This document shows, one piece after another, positions 9,561 to 17,567 of a DNA stretch of 64,000 nucleotides. The notes under the pieces are model-generated. The model was not told where the DNA came from. It saw only the letters and a program-made list of their open reading frames with translations, and did no database searches. The DNA comes from an uncultured Gammaproteobacteria bacterium (GTDB lineage: Bacteria > Patescibacteriota > Microgenomatia > Levybacterales > GWA1-39-11): positions 129,189-193,188 of the forward strand of contig CAZYWG010000001.1 in NCBI GenBank assembly GCA_964651815.1, read 5' to 3'. Made by a program: the position numbers and the translations under genes. Within the stretch, counting starts at the first letter, position 1; every line of letters starts with the position of its first letter.

Positions 9561-10751
9561 GTGAAAATATTATCAAACAAATTTTTTATAATCGGCAATC
9601 TTATCCTTTTGTTAATTGCAATTCCTGTTACTTTATTCTTTGTTAAAAAGCAGCAAGAAGTCAGAAGTAAAGCAGCCGCTTCATCTAAATTGTATTTTGC
9701 ACCATCAAGCATTAATACCTCTACAACCTGTCAGAGTTTCAACGTTGACGTTATGGTTGATCCAGGGACTAATATAGTAAATGTAGTTAAATTATATATA
9801 ACTTATGATCCAACCCTGTTATCTGTTTCGCAAATTACTCCTTCTGATGCGTTTAAAGAAACTCAAAGTGCCGCAAGTATAACTAGCGGCGCTGCTAACA
9901 TAGGATTATCTACTGGGTTTAACGCTACTTCTGTTTCTAGTGTGACAAAAGTAGCAACAATTACATTTATTCCAAAAGGCACTGGCACAGCACAAATTCA
10001 ATTCGATGGGACTCAAACGGCGGTGTACTCCACCGCAAAAGCAGACGGAGCGGTAGAAAATGTTCTTCAAATAGGATCTTTGGCACCGGCAAATGCTACT
10101 ATTGGATCTGCGGAATGCCTATCAGGCCCAACAGGCTCAGTCACACCTACGGGCACGGGCTCGATCACGCCAACTGGATCTATCGCGCCAACAGGAACTC
10201 CTAGTGTAACAACAACTACATCACCAACGCCTTCTGCAGCTACTCTGGCGCCGACTTGCACAAGTTTGCTTGCAAGTCCTTCCACGGGCAACGCCCCGCT
10301 TGCCGTTCTTTTTACAGGACAGGGAAGTGATCCAAATGCAAATGGTCTAATAACTAAAGCGACATTTACTTTTGGTGATGGACAAACGCAAGATGTAACA
10401 ACAGGGCTCAATTTGAAAACTGTTAACACACAAACAAGCCATACATATCAAACTAGCGGATCATTCACAGCAACTGTTTTGTTTACTAATAATCAAAGCG
10501 CAACAAGCCAAATAAGCCAAGCGTGTTCTCAGAGTATAAATGTAACAGCAGCGTCCGGTTCGGCAACTCTTACTCCAACCGCAACCTTAATACCAACGGC
10601 AACGCCGACTTTGGTAGAAAAGCCTACAGCAACACCAACGCTCGTTGAAAAGCCAACGATTGCGCAAACAGGGAGCGTTGCCCAAACCATGGGTACACTT
10701 GGGGTAATAATAATGTCAATAGTTGGCGGCTTCTTCTTGCTAACTCTTTAA
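9561..10751 (+). CDS. Cell-surface protein: N-terminal signal/TM anchor, cohesin-like domain, PKD-like domain, Thr/Pro-rich tandem repeats and a C-terminal hydrophobic tail
   Basis: N-terminal TM helix. Cohesin-like region NVDVMVDPGTNIVNVVKLYITYDPTLLSV. PKD-like region GNAPLAVLFTGQGSDPNANGLITKATFTFGDGQ. Tandem repeat PTATPTLVEK x2. C-terminal sequence IAQTGSVAQTMGTLGVIIMSIVGGFFLLTL. Confidence 0.55.
   Translation: MKILSNKFFIIGNLILLLIAIPVTLFFVKKQQEVRSKAAASSKLYFAPSSINTSTTCQSFNVDVMVDPGTNIVNVVKLYITYDPTLLSVSQITPSDAFKETQSAASITSGAANIGLSTGFNATSVSSVTKVATITFIPKGTGTAQIQFDGTQTAVYSTAKADGAVENVLQIGSLAPANATIGSAECLSGPTGSVTPTGTGSITPTGSIAPTGTPSVTTTTSPTPSAATLAPTCTSLLASPSTGNAPLAVLFTGQGSDPNANGLITKATFTFGDGQTQDVTTGLNLKTVNTQTSHTYQTSGSFTATVLFTNNQSATSQISQACSQSINVTAASGSATLTPTATLIPTATPTLVEKPTATPTLVEKPTIAQTGSVAQTMGTLGVIIMSIVGGFFLLTL
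10593..10658 (+). repeat. Near-perfect 30-nt tandem repeat (2 copies) encoding PTATPTLVEK within the surface protein
   Basis: ccaacggcaacgccgactttggtagaaaag / cctacagcaacaccaacgctcgttgaaaag, read directly from the sequence. Confidence 0.7.
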
Positions 10752-10753
10752 AC

Positions 10754-12571
10754 TTAAGCTTTTAGTACTGCGAGGAAAGCTTCTTTTGGGACATTAACAC
10801 TTCCGATTGTTTTCATTTTCTTCTTTCCCTTTTTTTGTGCTTCAAGAAGCTTATCCTTACGGGTCCTATCTCCACCTGACATCTTTGCCAAAACATTTTT
10901 TGCGTATGGAGTTATTCTTTCACTCGCGATAATTCGTGATCCAACCTGTGCTCTTACAGATACCTCAAATTGATGCCGGGGAATTTCTTGAGCTAACGCT
11001 TTCACAATTCTTCGGGAAAAATCATCAGTTTCGCTTTTATGTACTACAAAACATAACTCGGGAATTATCTCGTGATTAACTGATACATCAACTTTTACCA
11101 AATCCGATTCTCGGAATTCACTAATTTCATAATCAAATGATGAAAATCCAGAAGAAATTGTTTTTAATTTGTCATAAAAATCGTAGATAACGTTTGCTAA
11201 CGGCATTTTAAATTCTATTTTAGTTTGATTTCCAAAATAGATGACATTATTTGTTTCGCCTCGTCTTTTGTGGACCACTTCAAGAACTGCACCCAAATAT
11301 TTTTCAGGCGTATATATTTCTCCCGTCACAAACGGTTCTTCAACTTTCTGATTTGAATTATCAAGATCTTTTGGGTTAGTTACACTTTTTCCGTCTACAA
11401 TGTATTCTATAGATGGAGGGGCCGCAAAAACTTCAACCCCTTCTTCTTTTTCTATTCTTTCAATAACTATTTGCGCATGAAGTAGACCTAAAAAGCCGCA
11501 CCTAAAACCCGGTCCAAAAATACTAGATTGCTCGGGAGTAATAGATAGAGCGGCATCATTAAGCTTTAGTCTATATAAAGCTTTTCTGAGATTTTGAAAA
11601 TCAGAAACAGTTGTTGGGTAAATACTTAAATATACAAACGGTTTTTGTTCTATGTATCTTCCTAAAGATTCTCCCTCGCCGCGCTCATTCAAAATTGTAT
11701 CCCCTACTTTTGCTTGTGTTATATCCTTAATATTTGTAATGATAAAACCTACCTCACCGTTTGTAAGCTCCTCAGAATACATATATGTTGGCTTCATAAA
11801 TCCAACTTGATTTACCAAAACTTTTGACCCGTCCGAGAAAAAAGTTAACGTGTCTCCTTTTTTAATTCTTCCTTGCTTTAATCTGACGTAGATTACAATT
11901 CCCCTATGCTCATCATAAATTGAATCAAAAATTAGGGCTTGGGTCGGGGAGTTAATGTCGCCCGTAGGTCCAGGAACTTTTTCAATAATTTGCTTTATTA
12001 ATTCCTGGATACCCTCCCCTGTCTTTGCCGAAATTCTTAGTATTTCATCTTTTTTATAACCAAAAGTATCAAATATATCTTGCTCTGTTTTTTCAATATT
12101 GGCTGTTGGCAAATCCACTTTGTTTATTACTGGTATAATAGCAAGTCCGAGCTTTGCGGCAAAATTATAATTTGCAACGGTTTGTGCTTGAACTCCTTTT
12201 GTTGCATCTACTAATAAAACTGCTCCATCGCACGCGTATAGTGTACGGACCACTTCGTAAGAAAAGTCAACATGTCCTGGAGTATCAATTAGATTTAGAA
12301 TAAACTTTTCCTCGTTCGCTTCAAAGTCCATTCTCACAGGTGCCAACTTGATTGTTATTCCATGCTCTCTTGAAATTGCGGAACTGTCTAAAAATTGCTC
12401 TTGATCCTTTATGTCTTGTTTTCTGATAGTTCCGGTTATTTCAAGCAACCGGTCAGCGAGTGTTGATTTGCCATGATCAACGTGCGCAATTATACAAAAA
12501 TTCCTGATATTGCTTTGATTCATGTAAGAATTATACATCAAAAAGTTTCTTCCACTTGCAATTTTTGACAT
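10754..12571 (-). CDS. lepA: Elongation factor 4 (LepA); the true start is probably the internal Met near 12523
   Basis: IRNFCIIAHVDHGKSTLADRLLEITG is the GTPase G1 motif, and the full-length protein carries the characteristic LepA C-terminal domain. The first 16 residues look like a non-conserved extension. Confidence 0.93.
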   Translation of the reverse strand: MSKIASGRNFLMYNSYMNQSNIRNFCIIAHVDHGKSTLADRLLEITGTIRKQDIKDQEQFLDSSAISREHGITIKLAPVRMDFEANEEKFILNLIDTPGHVDFSYEVVRTLYACDGAVLLVDATKGVQAQTVANYNFAAKLGLAIIPVINKVDLPTANIEKTEQDIFDTFGYKKDEILRISAKTGEGIQELIKQIIEKVPGPTGDINSPTQALIFDSIYDEHRGIVIYVRLKQGRIKKGDTLTFFSDGSKVLVNQVGFMKPTYMYSEELTNGEVGFIITNIKDITQAKVGDTILNERGEGESLGRYIEQKPFVYLSIYPTTVSDFQNLRKALYRLKLNDAALSITPEQSSIFGPGFRCGFLGLLHAQIVIERIEKEEGVEVFAAPPSIEYIVDGKSVTNPKDLDNSNQKVEEPFVTGEIYTPEKYLGAVLEVVHKRRGETNNVIYFGNQTKIEFKMPLANVIYDFYDKLKTISSGFSSFDYEISEFRESDLVKVDVSVNHEIIPELCFVVHKSETDDFSRRIVKALAQEIPRHQFEVSVRAQVGSRIIASERITPYAKNVLAKMSGGDRTRKDKLLEAQKKGKKKMKTIGSVNVPKEAFLAVLKA

Positions 12572-12609
12572 TTTGTCCTATCCTATATACATTCTTATTC
12601 GCATTTTAA

Positions 12610-14067
12610 ATGCATAATAAAGATACAAAACAATATCCGGCTCCACTTCCACCCTTTGATATAAAACAGCAGCTTAAAGATACAATTCAGGAAAAATGTG
12701 GTGTTTTTGGAATATGGGGAAAGGACTTTGGTGCCTCTCAAATCGCCTATTATGGACTTTGGGCGCTTCAGCACAGAGGGCAAGAAGCAACTGGAATTAG
12801 TAGTACGGACGGCGAAAAATTATACACAAAAAAAGGGGAGGGTCTTGTAGCCCACGTTTATGCCGAAAAGGATTTAATTAAATTAAAGGGACATGCCGCA
12901 ATTGGACATAATCGCTATGGAACATCCGGTAATAAAAGGGTCGTCCATCCTCAACCCGCAACCGGTATAAGCGGTAAATTAGCCCTTGCCCACAACGGAA
13001 ATCTTTTTTCAACAAAAAAACTAGAAGAATTTTTTAGGAAAAATCATATCCAAGCACGAGGCTTAAATGACTCCGAAATGATGCAAAGAGCTTTAGAATT
13101 TGTTTTTACTAAAACAGGATCTTTGGAAAAAGCTGTTAGAACCTGCTTTCCGCTTTTCACAGGAACCTTCTGCTTATTACTCTTAACAAAAGATGAGCTC
13201 GTTGCAGTAAGAGATTCATTTGGAATTCGCCCACTTTGTCTTGGTAAACTCAACAAAGGGTATGTTGTTGCATCTGAAACTTGTGCACTGAACGCTGTCT
13301 ATGCAAAATACATAAGAGAAGTGTTACCCGGAGAAATGTTAGTAATAAATAAAAAGGGATTAAAGTCATACGGACTTGCAACGGGTACACAAAAACTTGA
13401 CGTTTTTGAATTTATATATTTTGCAAGACGCGATAGTGTTCTTCTTGGAAAAAGTGTTAATCAAATTAGAAGAAATTTGGGTATACAATTGGCCCGTGAA
13501 TGCAAAAATTTAAAAGCAGACCTTGTTATTCCAGTTCCTGACTCAGGAATTCCGGCAGCTCTTGGGTTTTCATGGCAAAGTGGAATTCCTTTTGACCATG
13601 GTTTTGTAAAAAATAGATATGTACATAGAACTTTTATTCGTCCTGTCCAGACGCATCGAGAAATTGGTGTTACATTAAAAATTAATCCACTTCCTCAAGT
13701 TCTTGGTGGGAAATCTATTGTTGTAGTGGACGATTCAATTGTTCGCGGCACTACAACTAAAAAAATTATTGCGATGCTTAAAAAAGCGGGGGCAAAAAAA
13801 GTTCATATGATGGTTTCATCCCCTCCAATTAAATATCCGGATTTTTATGGAATAGATACACCTGACCAAAAACAGTTAATCGCCGCGAATATGAATGTTG
13901 AGGCAATTAGAAAATATATTGGTGCAGATACGTTGCATTATCTATCATACGAAGGTTTATTTAATGCGATAGAACTTCCAGAACAAATGTTTTGTACAGC
14001 GCTTTTTACAGGAAACTATCCAATAGACATCATGGAGAAAAAAACCGAGGTCAATTTTGCAGTTTAA
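12610..14067 (+). CDS. purF: Amidophosphoribosyltransferase
   Basis: The N-terminal nucleophile Cys sits in CGVFGIWG. The PRTase motif VVDDSIVRGTT lies in the C-terminal half. Confidence 0.93.
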   Translation: MHNKDTKQYPAPLPPFDIKQQLKDTIQEKCGVFGIWGKDFGASQIAYYGLWALQHRGQEATGISSTDGEKLYTKKGEGLVAHVYAEKDLIKLKGHAAIGHNRYGTSGNKRVVHPQPATGISGKLALAHNGNLFSTKKLEEFFRKNHIQARGLNDSEMMQRALEFVFTKTGSLEKAVRTCFPLFTGTFCLLLLTKDELVAVRDSFGIRPLCLGKLNKGYVVASETCALNAVYAKYIREVLPGEMLVINKKGLKSYGLATGTQKLDVFEFIYFARRDSVLLGKSVNQIRRNLGIQLARECKNLKADLVIPVPDSGIPAALGFSWQSGIPFDHGFVKNRYVHRTFIRPVQTHREIGVTLKINPLPQVLGGKSIVVVDDSIVRGTTTKKIIAMLKKAGAKKVHMMVSSPPIKYPDFYGIDTPDQKQLIAANMNVEAIRKYIGADTLHYLSYEGLFNAIELPEQMFCTALFTGNYPIDIMEKKTEVNFAV

Positions 14068-14702
14068 ATTGTTTTGATTACTGCATTGTCTCCCAAAACT
14101 TCAATCAGACCCTTATTTTCAGCTTTTTTAAGACGCGTGTAAAGAGATTCAACCGTATCGTTTTTTTTAACCGGGACAAATACCCGTTTTAAAACCGGTC
14201 CAAAATCCGCTTTTTCTGTAACAATATGAATTGAAGAAGCAGCTGTACTTAATGTTAAAAAATTTGTAACGGCAGCATCAGTTAACATTCCCTGATTCCA
14301 AGGAATTTCTGTTCCGTCTTCCAAACGGAAAACGCCATTTTCGTGGTCCGGTATGGCACCCGGATGAACGTTAATCGTTTTACCACGAAAAGTTTTAAAA
14401 AATGGTTTAGTCAAAATTCTATTAAATCCCGCGAGGATCGCGGCGTCTATTTTGTGTTTATTCAAAATTTCCGCAATTTCCTGACTGTATATATCTCTGA
14501 ACTTCTCTTTACTTGTTTCTTCAGGTTTTTGATAGGGCGTGACTTTAAAATCGATCTGTTTCTCTTTTGCAATTTTTACACCAGCCGCGTCTTCCCTATC
14601 AGCTATCACAAGTTTTATATAAAACCCGGCGCCAATCAATGCTCTAAGATTTGAACCGGTCCCTTTGTTTGAAACCAAAACCGCAAGTCTAACTTTGTTC
14701 AT
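14064..14702 (-). CDS. purN: Phosphoribosylglycinamide formyltransferase
   Basis: 212-aa formyltransferase domain beginning RLAVLVSNKGTGSNLRALI, with an INVHPG active-site region. Its position in the pur operon fits. Confidence 0.8.
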   Translation of the reverse strand: MNKVRLAVLVSNKGTGSNLRALIGAGFYIKLVIADREDAAGVKIAKEKQIDFKVTPYQKPEETSKEKFRDIYSQEIAEILNKHKIDAAILAGFNRILTKPFFKTFRGKTINVHPGAIPDHENGVFRLEDGTEIPWNQGMLTDAAVTNFLTLSTAASSIHIVTEKADFGPVLKRVFVPVKKNDTVESLYTRLKKAENKGLIEVLGDNAVIKTI

Positions 14703-15808
14703 CTCAAATCAAGTGTATCAGAAGAATAAGTGAGGTTTTTGGGTTTTATGATAACTTGCTTTGGCCCTTTTTCAACGTATCCCGCGTCAATTGCTTGAAA
14801 TTTATTTTGGCGAACAATTTCTAGGGTTTTTTTAACTTCTTTTTGAGGTACAAAAATTACATAATCCTGGCCCATGTTATATGTTTGGTACATTTCATAA
14901 TCATCCAGGTTTGCATGCTTTTGAATAAATCCAAATATTTCCTGCGGCTTAAATATTTTTTCAACTATATATGTGAATGCCGGTTTTGCACGCATAATCT
15001 TTCTCATTCCATGTCCTGAGATATAATTCATATAATGAATATCAACATTTGCGTCAAGTAAATCTTCCACAAGTTTTGCATAAATATTACTTTTATTTAA
15101 AACTGCTTCTCCATAAATCTTTCCGCTAAGAAGTTTTGCACCGTACCCGCCTTTTACTCTTTTTGCAACTGCACGTGCTAAAGAAATTCCACTTGCGTTA
15201 ACTCCCTCGCTTTTAAGGAGAATTATTCTGTCTCCAGCTTTTAATTTTTTATCATGGATAAATCTTTTTGCAGGGCCTATTATTCCAACTGCTGAGCCTC
15301 CGAGATCAATTGTATTTGGAATAATAATTTGTTTAAGAGTTGGTGTCTCACCACCGCCCCAAGAAGCACCTGAAAGGTCACACGCTTTTTTCCAACCCGT
15401 AATTAAATCTTTCATCCGCGCTTCATCCGCAAGCCAATCATTATTCTCTATAGCCCAATATGCATGGACTGTCAGGGGTTTTGCGCCAACTGAAATTAAG
15501 TCATTAATAATGTAGGCGACAGTGTCATTTGCAATAACATCATAGTAAGTTTTTCCGGTAATTTTTCTTGTTTCATCAGCAACTAAATTTTTTGTACCAA
15601 GACCTTCAATCATTGTTGCCATATAAGTACTGCCTTGTTTCCAAACGTATGCTGATTCACCACGGCTCTCAGAAAGTTCTGAAAATCCACGTTTTTTTAG
15701 ATTTATTCCAGTCTTATATGCAGAGTTTTGAGCAAGTTTTTTGATGGGGTCTTTTGTTGAATAATTGTCTCCTACTTGGTAGGAAGTAATTGATTTTTGT
15801 TTTTTCAC
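14699..15808 (-). CDS. purM: Phosphoribosylformylglycinamidine cyclo-ligase (AIR synthase)
   Basis: PurM/AIRS N- and C-terminal domains, including DTVAYIINDLISVGAKPLTVHAYWA. The gene is translationally coupled to purN. Confidence 0.85.
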   Translation of the reverse strand: MKKQKSITSYQVGDNYSTKDPIKKLAQNSAYKTGINLKKRGFSELSESRGESAYVWKQGSTYMATMIEGLGTKNLVADETRKITGKTYYDVIANDTVAYIINDLISVGAKPLTVHAYWAIENNDWLADEARMKDLITGWKKACDLSGASWGGGETPTLKQIIIPNTIDLGGSAVGIIGPAKRFIHDKKLKAGDRIILLKSEGVNASGISLARAVAKRVKGGYGAKLLSGKIYGEAVLNKSNIYAKLVEDLLDANVDIHYMNYISGHGMRKIMRAKPAFTYIVEKIFKPQEIFGFIQKHANLDDYEMYQTYNMGQDYVIFVPQKEVKKTLEIVRQNKFQAIDAGYVEKGPKQVIIKPKNLTYSSDTLDLR

Positions 15809-15812
15809 GATT

Positions 15813-16757
15813 TTAATTAAGATATTTGTTTAGTTCTGATGTTGCCACTGGAATTATACCAGGTTTATAAAATTGTAATGTTCCTGCTAAAATTCCTACT
15901 TTCACGGCTTCTAAAATGTTTGCGCCTTTACTTAAAGATGCAACTAGTCCCGCCATTGTCTGGTCTCCACAACCAGTTTCATTCATTGTCTTGGTTTTTT
16001 TGATTTTGGGAATCTTAATATGCTCCTGGTTATTCTTGTTAAAAAAATAAGCTCCGTTTTTTCCGTTTGTAATTAAAAGATTTTCAACATTTTTTGAAAG
16101 TAGTTTCCTTGCTGCTTTTTGTGCGGATGTAAAATCATTCACTTTTATACCTGTTAATATTTCAGCTTCGTGTTCGTTGGGTTTTAATAAAAAAAGCCTT
16201 TTATTCAAAACTTCTTTTGGATCATTAATATTGGATATTCCACCTGGTTCAATCAAAACTTTCGAATTATATTTATTTGCCATTTTAATAGCATACAAAT
16301 ATGTTTTTACTGGTTGTGTAAATTCAACTATAATGTATTCCGCTCGAGATACAATTCCTTCTGCTTTGTCTATATCTTCTTTTGAAAAATCTTGATTGGC
16401 TCCATGAACCACGTAAATAGTGTTTTCGCCGCTATTATTAACAGGTATTATGCCTATCCCGGGAAATTTTCCTTTTTCATCTACATCAACATAATCCGTA
16501 TTTACGCCTATTTTTTTAAGAGCTTTTATTGGAACTTCCCATAAACCGTATGGATCCTTACTACTTTTACCAATCATTGCAACAGTATTTTTAGAAGTGA
16601 GTACTCCTGTCATTTCCGCGATATTTCTTCCTTTTCCTCCAGCTCCGATCCTGAAATCCTTTGCATATACCATTTGTCCAGACTTTGGAAAATTATCAAA
16701 ACCAGATATGAATATATCGGTGTTCAAACTTCCTATAACAACTATTCTTCCATTCAT
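15813..16757 (-). CDS. PfkB-family carbohydrate kinase (ribokinase-like) embedded in the purine operon
   Basis: The N-terminus VVIGSLNTDIFI...GGKGRNIA and a C-terminal GCGDQTMAG motif (a variant of the GAGD anion hole) identify a ribokinase-type PfkB kinase. Confidence 0.75.
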   Translation of the reverse strand: MNGRIVVIGSLNTDIFISGFDNFPKSGQMVYAKDFRIGAGGKGRNIAEMTGVLTSKNTVAMIGKSSKDPYGLWEVPIKALKKIGVNTDYVDVDEKGKFPGIGIIPVNNSGENTIYVVHGANQDFSKEDIDKAEGIVSRAEYIIVEFTQPVKTYLYAIKMANKYNSKVLIEPGGISNINDPKEVLNKRLFLLKPNEHEAEILTGIKVNDFTSAQKAARKLLSKNVENLLITNGKNGAYFFNKNNQEHIKIPKIKKTKTMNETGCGDQTMAGLVASLSKGANILEAVKVGILAGTLQFYKPGIIPVATSELNKYLN

Positions 16758-16760
16758 ATT

Positions 16761-17567
16761 TTATGACTCTTTGGCAAACTTAATCATTCCTTCAAAAATA
16801 AAACCGCCTAGCGCTTTCACGTTTCCGCGTCTCCAGTTAGGATGCTGGGTTAAATCGACAATTTTTTCAGGATGTGGCATCAGTCCAATTATATGTCCAG
16901 TTGGGTCAGTAACACCGGCAATTGCGTTAAGCGCTCCATTGGGATTTTCAGGATATTTTTGGGTGGGGCTTCCGTGATCATCAACATATCTAACAAAAAC
17001 CAAATTCTCATTTTCAATAAGAGTCAGAGTATTATTATCTGTATAAAATTTCCCCTCTCCGTGATTAACCGCAATATCAACGATTTGCCCAACATAAGGC
17101 TTAAGACAAACCGCCCGCGAATCTTCAATTCTTACTTTGACAAAACGGCATTCAAAATGACCCGAATCATTATTTGTTAAAGTGACATCCATCTCTCCAA
17201 TATGGTTAAACGGAAGAAGCCCAGTTCTTACTAAAACCTGAAATCCATTGCATATTCCAATTACCTGGCTACCTTTGGTTACAAATTCTTCAAGTTGATT
17301 TCTTAAAAAAGATACCAGCTCAGTAGCAAGGATTTTTCCAGAGACTATATCGTCCCCATATGCAAATCCTCCTGGAATTGCAAGTATATTAAACTCTTTT
17401 AATTTGCGGCTTTTATCTCTGAGCTCATTAACGTGGATAAATTCACAATCTCCACCATACTTTTGAAAAGCGTAAGACAATTCTTCGTCACAATTTATTC
17501 CGTCTGCTCTTAAAATACAAACTTTTGGTTTAATCATGGGAAAAATTTCTGCATGGGTTCTTTCCAT
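16761..17567 (-). CDS. purQ: Phosphoribosylformylglycinamidine synthase I, the glutaminase subunit
   Basis: Class-I glutamine amidotransferase with a catalytic Cys in GICNGFQVL and HGEG downstream. It overlaps the 3' end of purL by 34 nt. Confidence 0.88.
   Translation of the reverse strand: MERTHAEIFPMIKPKVCILRADGINCDEELSYAFQKYGGDCEFIHVNELRDKSRKLKEFNILAIPGGFAYGDDIVSGKILATELVSFLRNQLEEFVTKGSQVIGICNGFQVLVRTGLLPFNHIGEMDVTLTNNDSGHFECRFVKVRIEDSRAVCLKPYVGQIVDIAVNHGEGKFYTDNNTLTLIENENLVFVRYVDDHGSPTQKYPENPNGALNAIAGVTDPTGHIIGLMPHPEKIVDLTQHPNWRRGNVKALGGFIFEGMIKFAKES

Noticed and set aside
10640-10751. IAQTG as an LPXTG sortase motif in the surface protein
   Set aside because: There is no basic tail after the hydrophobic segment and no sortase gene in the window. 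It is kept only as part of the C-terminal tail observation.
12524-12571. First 16 codons of the lepA ORF
   Set aside because: LepA proteins begin just before the IRNF(C/S)IIAH G1 motif, so the internal Met at about 12523 is the more likely start. The extension is kept only as an alternative.
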